From a virus (lineage: Duplodnaviria > Caudoviricetes): a DNA stretch of 62,337 bases. The first letter of the stretch is position 1; every line of letters starts with the position of its first letter. Positions 1 through 9,360 of this stretch are shown in pieces. The position numbers and the translations under genes are program-made. Below the pieces are notes generated by a model. It did not search any database. It had not been told where the DNA came from and worked only from the letters and a program-made list of their open reading frames with translations. The stretch is from positions 1 to 62,337 of the IMG/VR virus record IMGVR_UViG_3300027985_000790; one strand, written 5' to 3'.

Positions 1-27
1 AAAGGCCCCTGATGGGGCCTTTGTTTT
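1..27. terminator. Probable bidirectional intrinsic terminator after phoH
   Basis: AAAGGCCCC-TGAT-GGGGCCTTT hairpin with A/T runs on both sides, at the phoH stop. Confidence 0.75.
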
Positions 28-778
28 AGCGTTGAACGAGACGCCGGCGTTCTTCTCGCTTTGCTTCCTGCTCTTCTTTGTAGCGAGCTTTGAGGGTGCG
101 GAAAGCACGTGCCCATTGCTTGCTGGTTTCTGAGCGGACGTTGTCGTCATCGTCAAAAATGTAAACCTGGCCCAGGTCAACCAAGCCTTCTTCAACGGCA
201 GACAGTACAGCCGCCAAGCCATTGACGGGCCCAAGGTCGCTTTGGTCCAGGTCACCGCAGAGGATTATTTTGGTATCGCTGCCTGCTCGAGTCACGAAGG
301 CTTCCATTTCCTCTACTGTGCTGTTCTGAGCCTCGTCCATAATCATGACTTTATTGTCATGAGTGATGCCGCGGATGTGCTCGAGAGACCCTATCTCTAT
401 TTCTTCTGCTTGGACCAAAGCATCCACCTTGGTCTTGCTAAGAAACTGGATGAAAGCATCCATGCACGGACGAGACCAGGGGGCGGTCTTCCGGCTCAAG
501 TCACCCGGAAGGAATCCTTGAGTCTTGCCTGGGCCTTTGGGAGGGCGAACCACAACAGCGCCGCGGTACTTCTTGTCGAAGATACCTTTTGCAGCGTAAG
601 CGCAGGCAAGAAAAGTCTTGCCGGTACCAGCTGGCCCAACTGCCACTACAGTGGAAATTCCGTCGTCCTCGAGCAACTCGAGGTAGTGACCTTGGGCCTG
701 GTTGAGAGGTGCAATGGAAGAAGGCTTCCAGTTGCGTTCTTCTTGACGCTTCTTCTGCTGCGAGGTTTTAGCAGGCAT
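26..778 (-). CDS. phoH: PhoH-family ATPase
   Basis: GPAGTGKT Walker A, GFLPG, RGxT, DEAQN and GDxxQ motifs; start moved to MPAK (AGGAG upstream). Confidence 0.92.
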   Translation of the reverse strand: MPAKTSQQKKRQEERNWKPSSIAPLNQAQGHYLELLEDDGISTVVAVGPAGTGKTFLACAYAAKGIFDKKYRGAVVVRPPKGPGKTQGFLPGDLSRKTAPWSRPCMDAFIQFLSKTKVDALVQAEEIEIGSLEHIRGITHDNKVMIMDEAQNSTVEEMEAFVTRAGSDTKIILCGDLDQSDLGPVNGLAAVLSAVEEGLVDLGQVYIFDDDDNVRSETSKQWARAFRTLKARYKEEQEAKREERRRLVQR

Positions 779-782
779 GGTG

Positions 783-1451
783 TTACTCCTCGTTGGTCGT
801 GGTCTTGAGCGAACCTCCACCGGCCACAGCTCTCCCACGGGTAGTGAACGGGTAGCCAATAGGCCAGCGCATACCATACTCACGCAGACGATTCTTGGCT
901 ATCCGAGCAATGCTCACGGAATCCGATTGGTTACCGCCGAGCACATGGTAATGAGTGGCATCCTCGCCCACGTAGTAGCCTACGTGGCCTTGCCACCCTT
1001 TGGGGTTGCCTCTCCAGAAGATGAGAATGCAGCCAAACATCGGTTCCCTCAGACTTTGCCCAAACGTCAACCAACTAATGCTAGCATGCGGATTGGCTGG
1101 CACGCTCGCATGGGGCAAAGCACGGAGCAGGGACGTTTCCACAGCATCACCGCACCAAGGCGTGTCTGCGGGATTAACCGCCTTGCCGGCCGACTTTAGC
1201 CAAGCGTAGAGTTCTTTGAACTGCCGGCGCTCATGCATACCATGAACTTTGAGCATTTCTTTAACCCAGGGCGGGGTCTGGTAGGATTTACGGTTGGCGG
1301 GCTTCTCAGCCAGGATCTTGTTGATAAGAGCGGTGGTTTTAGGTCCCACGTCACCATCTACTACTAGGCCGTGGTCAAGCTGGAACTCCAGGACTGCCAA
1401 CTCGTACTCGTCGGTGTATCCAAGTTCCTTAAGTTCTTGCTGCATCTTCAT
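783..1451 (-). CDS. Endolysin: peptidoglycan-binding domain plus NlpC/P60-like (TIGR02594-type) peptidase
   Basis: FQxxHGLxVDGxVGPxT PG-binding motif; PWC...GHVGYY...LGGNQSDSV catalytic pattern. Confidence 0.85.
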   Translation of the reverse strand: MKMQQELKELGYTDEYELAVLEFQLDHGLVVDGDVGPKTTALINKILAEKPANRKSYQTPPWVKEMLKVHGMHERRQFKELYAWLKSAGKAVNPADTPWCGDAVETSLLRALPHASVPANPHASISWLTFGQSLREPMFGCILIFWRGNPKGWQGHVGYYVGEDATHYHVLGGNQSDSVSIARIAKNRLREYGMRWPIGYPFTTRGRAVAGGGSLKTTTNEE

Positions 1452-2557
1452 ATACCGGCCTCCTCGAAAGCCTGCGGTAGGCGAGAGCGCAGTTGAGCAA
1501 TGGTGTACTCGTGTCCCTCTGCATTATAGAAACTATCATAAGGCGTGCCATTTTGCCAAAGTTTAAACCGGGTGGGCCCTAGAACGTCTACTTGCATAGA
1601 CTGCTTCTGTGTCGCCAGCCAGTCGTGGTACTTCATGGTAGAAGGTACACGTCCGTCCAAGCTAGAACGAGTGCCAGGTTCCAGCTCGTCCATATCGAAG
1701 CCAAGCTCCTTCCAGGACTTGAGAACAGCCACTGTGGTAGATCGGCAGTTGGGATGAGCGGGAGGGCGTGCCATCAAAGGTGACAGGGCCTTCATGCCTA
1801 CGGGCAGTTTCCAGTCGGGGTCGTTGGCACGAGCAGGGCCCACACGTCCATCGTTAAACCGGCAGATATCGCTGGTCTTACCATCTAGCGTAGAAACCCA
1901 CATGATGCACTTGATTAGGTGCGCGTTCTCTTCCCACAGAGCCTGGCGGCCCACGTTTGCCGCCCCTGTGAGTAAGGTCCTCACCATCATCTTGGCGCCG
2001 TTTCGGGTAACGTTGCGCACGCCGTCTTTGTACCGGAGCTTTTTCGTGCCGACTACCGACTTAACAATTTCGTCTGTAGTAGCACCTTGGGTGATTCCCC
2101 GCTGAACGGCGCGCCAAGTCCTGTCTACGTCGGCATCCCGGAGCTTCTGGAGCCATTCTGTAAGCACCATGCCATCGTAAGCAGTGGAAGTAGCGGCGGC
2201 TTTTACTGCACCCAAGTTGGGAGTAACCACGTCTATGCGCGTAGGTAATACCCGTTTAAACGCAGTAGCTTCCACTTCGCTTGCGTAGGTGGCGGTTTCC
2301 TGCAGTACGCGGGTTACCTGTGGGTTAACCTGCTTCGCGTAGATTTCTTCCACCATGCGCTTGATCTGCGCTTTGATGGCACGGGACCTTGTTTTGCTGA
2401 AAGGAGTTAGCTGTGCATTCTTGAGGTAGTCGGCCAGCTGCTTGTCCACTTCGCCCAGAACTGCCAGTAGCTTTTTCGCCTCCCCATTGGAGAGGCGAAG
2501 CCATCGAACCATCTGAGCTATTTGGAAGGAGTGGAGCCTACTGTTCGCGCTACTCAT
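1448..2557 (-). CDS. Head morphogenesis protein (SPP1 gp7/Mu F-like)
   Basis: STLDGKTSDIC...PPAHPNCRS motif. Confidence 0.88.
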   Translation of the reverse strand: MSSANSRLHSFQIAQMVRWLRLSNGEAKKLLAVLGEVDKQLADYLKNAQLTPFSKTRSRAIKAQIKRMVEEIYAKQVNPQVTRVLQETATYASEVEATAFKRVLPTRIDVVTPNLGAVKAAATSTAYDGMVLTEWLQKLRDADVDRTWRAVQRGITQGATTDEIVKSVVGTKKLRYKDGVRNVTRNGAKMMVRTLLTGAANVGRQALWEENAHLIKCIMWVSTLDGKTSDICRFNDGRVGPARANDPDWKLPVGMKALSPLMARPPAHPNCRSTTVAVLKSWKELGFDMDELEPGTRSSLDGRVPSTMKYHDWLATQKQSMQVDVLGPTRFKLWQNGTPYDSFYNAEGHEYTIAQLRSRLPQAFEEAGI

Positions 2558-2732
2558 TCTTGCCCACCGGAGTAGAAGTGATGAAACGGAGCCCTATATT
2601 GACCACGGTCACAATGAGAACGGCCCAGTGCGGATCCACGAAGTCAACCCAGTTTATCCCAGCAGCATAGGACAGGCCTACAGCGAGGCCTCCCAGTGCT
2701 GCATTGATTAGTAGCGTACGCCAACCTTTCAT
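2550..2732 (-). CDS. Putative holin (60 aa, two TM segments)
   Basis: Two hydrophobic helices, C-terminal LRFITSTPVGK, GAGG RBS. Confidence 0.6.
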   Translation of the reverse strand: MKGWRTLLINAALGGLAVGLSYAAGINWVDFVDPHWAVLIVTVVNIGLRFITSTPVGKNE

Positions 2733-2740
2733 AGAACCTC

Positions 2741-4540
2741 CTATTCACAGGTTTTCTTACCCGTGTCGGGGTCAATATAGCACGCCGCGCCTTCCTTTGT
2801 ATCGAGGGAAGTTAGGACCGCAAAGCGTTTACCGGACATCCGGAAAGTTGTGCAGCCCTTGGCTCCGCCTTCCCAGGCAGTCATGTAGACGTTCTTGAAC
2901 TCGTCAAAGGTGACGTTATCTCCTACGTTGCAGGTCTTGCTGATGGCTGAGTCGATGTACTTCTGAGCAGCAATGAGAACCTCCACGTGCTGCTGGACGG
3001 TAAGGTCATCTGCCCGGATGCCTTTGACACCGAACTCCCTGACGCCAAAGTCGCTTATCTCAACCTGCCGGCGAGATACCCCGTCGTCGTTGATGATGAA
3101 CCGTTGCTGGGAGTATGCAAACACAGGCTCTATACCAGAAGAGATATTGTCTGCAGTCAGTGAGATGGTGCCTGTGGGGGCAATGGACAGCAAGTGGGAA
3201 TTTCGGATACCATGCTCCACAATGCCGTCCCGGATATCTTGAGGCAAGGTCTTGATGAACTCAGAGGACAAGTACTCAGCCCACTGGAACAGCGGGAACG
3301 GACCTTTTTCCTCAGCAAGCGCAATGGAGGCGCGGTAGCATTCGTCTCGCAGTACCTCAAGGATCTCACTCTGCTTGTCAATGTAGGCTTGGGTCCCGTA
3401 AGGCAAACCCAGAGCTTCCAGTGCATTGGCAACGCCCGTCACGCCCAGACCCATGCGGCGCTTGTCCTTGGCTTCCTTCTCCTGGGCCGGCAGCGGGTAG
3501 ATGGCGTAGTCGACCACGTTATCCATGGCGCGCACCACGCCCGGGATATCTGACTTGAAGGCTTCCATATCGAAGAAGCGCTGGCCACCATGGGTGCGGA
3601 TGTAGCTGGTCAGGTTGAAGGATCCGAGCAGGCAGGCGCCATGCGGCGGGAGGGGTTGCTCAGCGCAGGGGTTGGTGGCAGCAATCGTCTCGCAGTACCA
3701 GAGGTTGTTGCTTTTGTTGATACGGTCGATGAACAACACTCCAGGTTCCGCCCAATCCCAGGTAGCGCGCATGATTTTGTTCCAAAGGGCTTCCGCATCC
3801 ACTGTCTTGTAGACCTGGCCATCGAATACCAAGTCAAAAGGCTCTTTGGCTTTAACGGCTTCCATGAATTTGTCCGTAACGGCTATTGAGACGTTGAAGG
3901 CCGCCAACCTGTTCTGAATACTTACCTTGGACACGATTTCCATCAACTGAGCTGTGGTAGCGGCATTGAAGCCGGCTTGACTGGCCAAGTACTCAGCTCG
4001 GCTCATGTCCTCGGACAAAGCAACCGTCTTTGCGTCGATGAACTCCTCAATGTCCGGATGGTCAACGCGTAGCACGCCCATCTGGGCACCACGCCGGCCG
4101 CCGGCAGAGCGTACCGTCTTGCAGGTGGCATCGAAGATATGCATGAAAGAAACCGCGCCCGAGGCTTCCGATTGGAACGACTTGATACGCGACCCACGAG
4201 GACGCAGCGTGGAGAAATCGTAGCCGATACCGCCGCCAGTGCGCATGGTCATGAAGGCTTCTTTTGCCATGTCCATGATTGAAGACGAGTCGTCTTCAAT
4301 CGTGCCCGACACGAAGCAGTTGTAGGGCGTAACCCGCAGCGGAGAGCCAACCGCTCGTTGGATGCGACCAGCCGGCATGAAGTTCTGCTGGAGCAAAGTC
4401 ATTCGGAAGTCGCGCCTGTGCTGCTCATTATCACACAAGGCACCGGAAATGCGGTTGCACAGGTCAAGAAATGACTCGCCGGCAAGGCGGTACTTTGAGA
4501 TGTGCTCCTGCTCAGACACTGGATTTGTCGGACCGTACAT
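2741..4540 (-). CDS. nrdJ: Class II (B12-dependent) ribonucleotide reductase
   Basis: PAGR, NCF, RRGAQM, TNPCAEQ, CLLGS and SIAPTGT motifs; C-terminal Cys pair (ACYIDP..KKTCE); no beta subunit gene seen. Confidence 0.88.
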   Translation of the reverse strand: MYGPTNPVSEQEHISKYRLAGESFLDLCNRISGALCDNEQHRRDFRMTLLQQNFMPAGRIQRAVGSPLRVTPYNCFVSGTIEDDSSSIMDMAKEAFMTMRTGGGIGYDFSTLRPRGSRIKSFQSEASGAVSFMHIFDATCKTVRSAGGRRGAQMGVLRVDHPDIEEFIDAKTVALSEDMSRAEYLASQAGFNAATTAQLMEIVSKVSIQNRLAAFNVSIAVTDKFMEAVKAKEPFDLVFDGQVYKTVDAEALWNKIMRATWDWAEPGVLFIDRINKSNNLWYCETIAATNPCAEQPLPPHGACLLGSFNLTSYIRTHGGQRFFDMEAFKSDIPGVVRAMDNVVDYAIYPLPAQEKEAKDKRRMGLGVTGVANALEALGLPYGTQAYIDKQSEILEVLRDECYRASIALAEEKGPFPLFQWAEYLSSEFIKTLPQDIRDGIVEHGIRNSHLLSIAPTGTISLTADNISSGIEPVFAYSQQRFIINDDGVSRRQVEISDFGVREFGVKGIRADDLTVQQHVEVLIAAQKYIDSAISKTCNVGDNVTFDEFKNVYMTAWEGGAKGCTTFRMSGKRFAVLTSLDTKEGAACYIDPDTGKKTCE

Positions 4541-4547
4541 AAAGAAA

Positions 4548-4610
4548 GCCTCCGTGGGTTAATCACAAGTAATTGTGATACAGCTCAGCGGAGGCCTCAA
4601 GATATGGGAT
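4548..4610 (-). promoter_or_regulatory. Tandem NrdR-like boxes and SD-sequestering hairpin upstream of nrdJ
   Basis: TCACAAGTAATTGTGA (4563-4578) and CCTCAAGATATGGGAT (4595-4610), 32 bp apart; GCCTCCG/CGGAGGC stem covers the SD. Confidence 0.5.
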
Positions 4611-4618
4611 TCGATTTG

Positions 4619-6055
4619 TTAGGTTTCTTCCTCACCCGGCGGTTGTTCCTCGGGTTCTTCCTCGGGAGGAACTGTTTCTTCCGGCGGGGTCTTGTCAAAG
4701 TCGCCAGCCTCTTCCAGGATTTCTTCCACTTCCTCCTCCATCGTGCGACCAGCGCGGACGATTTGGCCCCGCTGCAGGTTCTCGTGGAGGGTAGTGCGGG
4801 AGATGGCTTCGCCTTGCCATGCTTCAACCAGAGCCTTGAGCTCGTCTGAGGTCATTCGGGCTTCAATCCAGTCATGGTTCAGCAAGCAGTCAACTTCGTC
4901 CGGGCTCTCACCGGCCCATACGGCAGCAGCACGCAGCAGCTGGTTAAGCACGGCCTGCGCCATATTGACGACGGAAGTCAGCAGGGACACTTCGGAGCGA
5001 CCGCGCATCCGGGCGGTATCCGTCGTCTCGTTGCGGTTCTTGCCATCGTTTATCATCCGCGCACCGAGAGCAGCCATCCGGTCTTCCTTGTCGTCCATGG
5101 CTTTCTGCTGTGCCGTGATGCCCGCGCCTGTGAACTCGAGCATGCCGCATGTAGCATCCTCCGGCAAGTACCAGATGGTACCTGAACCAATGGACTTAGG
5201 CTTCTTCTGCTCGTCCAAGTTCCCTGCTATCCATGGCGTTGGCTGAGCAGTGAGGTAGAGAGCATGCTCGTAGTCAGCAGAATTCCGGTAGTGTGACAGG
5301 TTCATGTTGACGAGATCCAGCATGGGAGGCTTGCAGGTAGTCGGACGCAGGTCGTAAGCGTTGGCGAAGAAGAAGGGGATGCTAACCTCGTTCTTACCGT
5401 TGACCACCGGCTGGAAGCTACTGACCTCCAGCAACTCCTTGGTCTTGCCGCTGGCGTCGTTCTTCAACTCCCTGACGGTGTAGAGCCCAGCATCATCAAG
5501 GGTGAGCTCCAGATACTCGTGACCGATGTCCCCACCGTTGCTCTCCAAGTCGTCCTTGAGCAGCAAGTAGCACAGCTCCTTCTTGCCTGTCCGCTCGTTG
5601 TAGCGCAGTTTCCAATCCAGGATGTCTTCTGCGAAGTACGTGGTGGCTACAGGAGCCGTCCCCACAGGAGCATTCTTCGGCATATCCAGCAGAATCCCGT
5701 ACCGCCCGAGCGACAAAAGCTCTGAGACGATCTCGTCTACCAGAACTTCCAAAGATGACCCATCTGCCGTGAAGACGTCCCGCACAGCCTCAAGCCGTGG
5801 GGTAAGCTTGAACACAGGGTCAGTGCGCAACACCATGCCTACAAGACCCCGTAGCGTGCGTTCTGCGACGGCGTAGTAAACAGCCCGCATCTTGTATGCG
5901 GCGTACTGTGTGGTGTTCATACCAGAGGGCTTGGGCAAGTACAGCGTGCCTTGCTCTTTCACGCAGTCCTCACCGTCCAATGCGTCTCGGATCTTCCGCC
6001 ACTGTTCGAGACGCAGCGAGTAGCTGGCGTGGCAGAGGGTTGCTATTGCACTCAT
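4619..6055 (-). CDS. Portal protein (DUF4055-like)
   Basis: 478 aa downstream of terL; YLPKP, Y..RA, N..HYRNSADYE..L..TAQP pattern. Confidence 0.88.
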   Translation of the reverse strand: MSAIATLCHASYSLRLEQWRKIRDALDGEDCVKEQGTLYLPKPSGMNTTQYAAYKMRAVYYAVAERTLRGLVGMVLRTDPVFKLTPRLEAVRDVFTADGSSLEVLVDEIVSELLSLGRYGILLDMPKNAPVGTAPVATTYFAEDILDWKLRYNERTGKKELCYLLLKDDLESNGGDIGHEYLELTLDDAGLYTVRELKNDASGKTKELLEVSSFQPVVNGKNEVSIPFFFANAYDLRPTTCKPPMLDLVNMNLSHYRNSADYEHALYLTAQPTPWIAGNLDEQKKPKSIGSGTIWYLPEDATCGMLEFTGAGITAQQKAMDDKEDRMAALGARMINDGKNRNETTDTARMRGRSEVSLLTSVVNMAQAVLNQLLRAAAVWAGESPDEVDCLLNHDWIEARMTSDELKALVEAWQGEAISRTTLHENLQRGQIVRAGRTMEEEVEEILEEAGDFDKTPPEETVPPEEEPEEQPPGEEET

Positions 6056-6225
6056 TTCTTGCCCTCACGTGCTTGGGAAGCGTGGATGGCAGCCGCCTGA
6101 GCTGCTGCTTGAGCATGTGCCCGCTCGCGGGAACCTGCATCCCCAGGAGTGTAGGTGTAGCAGTGGCCTTCTTGACCATACTTGTAACCGGGTTTGCCCC
6201 CGATGTGGCATTGCTGAATGGGCAT
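6052..6225 (-). CDS. Small hypothetical protein
   Basis: MPIQQC..GKPGYKYG..GHCYTY; GAGGAG RBS; ATGA overlap with the portal start. Confidence 0.7.
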   Translation of the reverse strand: MPIQQCHIGGKPGYKYGQEGHCYTYTPGDAGSRERAHAQAAAQAAAIHASQAREGKK

Positions 6226-6309
6226 GATGCATCTCCTCTGTCGACTACATGATACTAGCGCAGATTGCAAAGGTTTGTCAGTAGCATCTTTAGGATAGGC
6301 GTTTAAACG

Positions 6310-7653
6310 TTAGTAGAATCCTTCCAAGGTCCCGCTATCAGTGATACCACGGCCCAGCACGCAAGCAGTAGCTGCCCAAACTAGAGCATCCAGGCGGTCG
6401 GGTGATGCGTCGCCTGACAATGGCTCCCATACGCACAGCTGGTCTTCCAACTCGTTGTGAGCACCTACCATGTGGGCCTCGCCCCGTTCCCAGTAAGCCA
6501 CGATAGGCTCCGCACGAGCGGCCTTACCGCGGCGGGCAAAGACAACGAGCACAGGCAGCTTCTGCTTGTGGCTGGACCCATTGAGCGTATTCTCGACCAT
6601 CTCACCGCCCTGGTTACCTTCTGCCACAATGAAATCAGCTTGCCACAAGTAGAAAGCTTCACGCGCCTTGCGTGACCATTGCTCAGGCGTGTAAACGCCG
6701 GAGTAGTCAGCAAGCACATAAAGCTGCTTGTTATTGCCGTAACCCATGACCACAATGCCCGTCTCGTTTGACTTCTTGTTACTGGAGGTGGCAGGGTCTA
6801 CACCTACCACTATCCGGGTGAACCAGAAGTCGGTGCTGTCTGGGATCTCGTTTAAACGCGACTTATCCAGCAACTCACGATTCCACAAAGCACCTTCTGC
6901 TTCTTCCAGCACTATACCTTCCAGCTCCTGCTGACCCAAGCGGGTGCCCTCGTACTTCTTAACCACCATCTCGAAGAACTGAGGAGCCAAGTTGGCACGG
7001 TTTGAAAAGGTGCTGCCGCGGGTGACCACGCAGTGCGGGTGCTTCATCAAGTCGAGAATCAACTTCTTGGGTTTCGGCGTGGTAGAGATAAACGCTTGCG
7101 GGTTCTTGCCCAGACGCAAACCGAACATGGCCAGATCCCATGTCTCTTCATACCGCCATGCGCACAGCTCATCCGCCCAGATAAACTCATGCTGAGGACC
7201 GCGGAGACGTTCCGGCTCGTCGGCAGAGTAAAGAGCGCACTGTGCGCCATTGGCCCAGGTCAGACGCCGCTTAGATGGCTCGTAAATCGGCTTGCCCAGC
7301 AGATTGCCGAACCGGTCGTAGTCGTGGTCCCAGCAGGACGCCAATATTCCGGACTCCCCTTCCACCATTACGTCCCGGACGTCACCGGACGTCGGCGCGA
7401 TAAGACCACCACGAGCTGCCCCATTGAGAATCAGACTCCGCACCCACTCGCCGCCAGTACGGGTCTTACCCGCTCCACGACCTGCGAGATACAGCCAGAA
7501 TGCCCAAGCACCTTCAGGAGGCAACTGCTCATCCCGACCTAGGAATGTCCAGTCGTGCAGCAACGCTTCTGCTTCCAACGGATCCAGAGACGACCAGAAC
7601 TTCTCGGCCATCTCGGGATCTTGTCGCAGCATGTCAATATGGAGTCTATTCAT
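6310..7653 (-). CDS. terL: Terminase large subunit
   Basis: AGRGAGKT, LRGPQ, WADE, VGVDPA and PDRLDA motifs. Confidence 0.95.
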   Translation of the reverse strand: MNRLHIDMLRQDPEMAEKFWSSLDPLEAEALLHDWTFLGRDEQLPPEGAWAFWLYLAGRGAGKTRTGGEWVRSLILNGAARGGLIAPTSGDVRDVMVEGESGILASCWDHDYDRFGNLLGKPIYEPSKRRLTWANGAQCALYSADEPERLRGPQHEFIWADELCAWRYEETWDLAMFGLRLGKNPQAFISTTPKPKKLILDLMKHPHCVVTRGSTFSNRANLAPQFFEMVVKKYEGTRLGQQELEGIVLEEAEGALWNRELLDKSRLNEIPDSTDFWFTRIVVGVDPATSSNKKSNETGIVVMGYGNNKQLYVLADYSGVYTPEQWSRKAREAFYLWQADFIVAEGNQGGEMVENTLNGSSHKQKLPVLVVFARRGKAARAEPIVAYWERGEAHMVGAHNELEDQLCVWEPLSGDASPDRLDALVWAATACVLGRGITDSGTLEGFY

Positions 7654-8218
7654 CAGCTAGACGCTCTTCATGGGTGTGCAGTTGAGCAAGGCGGACGTGG
7701 ACGTGCATGTCTTCGACAGCGTTGTCCGTGTTGGTCAGCATCAGAAGGTACTGCGTGTTCCGCTTGAGTTTTATGTGGACGTTAGGCGACGCCGCGCCGG
7801 GTGACTTGTTGCCACCTGCGTACTGGACCGGCGACCACAAAGCATTACCCGTGCTGTTAACAGTAGGATCCCGTACCAGTTGCACCAAACCCGGATAGAT
7901 GTTGACGGATGACTGGCGGTTCAGGTTGCCAATGGGTATTGCTGTACCACCTGATACGTCCGCACCTTCGTAGATTATGCCCCGGAAAGAAATGGGAACT
8001 GTTATCGTCAGCGCAGCCAGCAGGTCAACCTCACCTACGGCCAAGCAGATGTACTTGGACTCGCCTGCACCAACAGCTAAGAACTCATAGTTGCCTGTAA
8101 ACATGCGGTTAAGGAGGGTCATACCAATCTCACGGTCGCCCGAATGCATCATCTGGGTTTCAGCGAGAACGGCGGCAGGACCCGCACCGTCAAGACCATA
8201 AATTCGTACTTGGTCCAT
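7646..8218 (-). CDS. Hypothetical beta-rich protein between terS and terL
   Basis: Start MDQV after GAGGAG; overlaps the terL start. Confidence 0.7.
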   Translation of the reverse strand: MDQVRIYGLDGAGPAAVLAETQMMHSGDREIGMTLLNRMFTGNYEFLAVGAGESKYICLAVGEVDLLAALTITVPISFRGIIYEGADVSGGTAIPIGNLNRQSSVNIYPGLVQLVRDPTVNSTGNALWSPVQYAGGNKSPGAASPNVHIKLKRNTQYLLMLTNTDNAVEDMHVHVRLAQLHTHEERLADE

Positions 8219-8222
8219 AGAA

Positions 8223-8675
8223 TCACTCCTCTTCTTCGATAACTTCTGCTTCAGCCTCAACAGTGAGGCCTATCATGGCGGCGAGACGGGCCTTGGCATC
8301 CACGGTGCTTACTTGGATAGGACCGCCACCTTCACCGGTCAGCTCAAGGGTCTTGAGTTGCTGGCGAACGTAAGGAGCTACTTTAGCAAAGGCACTCAAT
8401 GCGAGATTTACATCTGCAAGCACGATCTGCTTTATCTCGCCGGTATCCGGGTCACGGACCTCCCGGTCTTGCATCGCTTGCATACCGATAAGTGCCATCA
8501 TTACGACGGGGTCGAAGTTGGCAACGCCGAACTTTTCTTCCACTACCTTTTGCATCTGTTCCATGAGTACAGCGGCTTTGTTCTTGGTACCACGGCGATG
8601 AAGGCCGCGCTGGCTGCCATCTTTCGCTACCTGCTTGTCTGAATTGATAATTCTTCCTTCACCTTCGCCAGCCAT
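8223..8675 (-). CDS. terS: Terminase small subunit (probable)
   Basis: Position upstream of terL; GTKNK, APY and LELTGEGGGPIQV motifs typical of TerS. Confidence 0.7.
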   Translation of the reverse strand: MAGEGEGRIINSDKQVAKDGSQRGLHRRGTKNKAAVLMEQMQKVVEEKFGVANFDPVVMMALIGMQAMQDREVRDPDTGEIKQIVLADVNLALSAFAKVAPYVRQQLKTLELTGEGGGPIQVSTVDAKARLAAMIGLTVEAEAEVIEEEE

Positions 8676-8913
8676 AGTACCTTTCTCCTGGTGTGTTTTT
8701 ATACAGTTTGATAACCGCTTATAAAGATCTCTTCATTTAGGTTATTCTGAAAGAATAGGTGACTTCGTGTCAACTATAAAGATAGGTGGAAAATGCCTAG
8801 ATTTAGGCGGTTCTAGCGGTGCAAGGTATAAGGATTGGGATAGAATTTTAGCAGCGCCAAAAACGGTATAACCGGGGGCAGGGATAGTGCTAATCCTGGA
8901 GCTCGCCTGGCGC

Positions 8914-9360
8914 TGATAATGATTATCATTTAGGGGTCCCCGAAACGCGACTCATTATCATCCGCACCCGCAACTGCGAATGATTATCAGTACCCGATGC
9001 AACCGCGAATGATTATCACCTCGCCCTTGACTGCGAATCATTATCAGTCGCCCATGCAAACGAGACGCATTCGCAGACGCATCACCTAATGCGAATCATT
9101 ATCAGTCAACCTCGGAACGCGAATCATTATCAGGTGCAATAGGTGACGCGACTCATTATCAGTCAACCTCGGAACGCGAACCGTTCTCATTCGCATTGTG
9201 GCAAAAGGACAACGCGACTAGGTCTCATATGCACGGAAGGTGATATGCGAACAGGTCTCATTTGCGGGTGATAATCGGTCGCATATGAGGTGCAGGTGAT
9301 ATGCGAATGAGTATCAATTGGGTTGTTATGATGGGACAGTGCAAATGCGACTCATAATCA
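8914..9360. repeat. Phased array of about 15 Fur-box-like 15-mers (consensus YGCGAATSATTATCA; first copy TGATAATGATTATCA)
   Basis: Copies start at 8914, 8946, 8975, 9004, 9032, 9061, 9090, 9118, 9147, 9175, 9213, 9246, 9269, 9302 and 9346. Confidence 0.85.

Noticed and set aside
3900-4030. Possible intein in NrdJ
   Set aside because: The apparent insertion is only about 30 aa and lacks the splice-junction (C/S...HN) motifs
8914-9360. CRISPR array interpretation of the 29-bp-period repeats
   Set aside because: Repeats are only 15 bp and degenerate, spacers are 13-14 bp and one is duplicated (GTCAACCTCGGAA), and no cas genes are present
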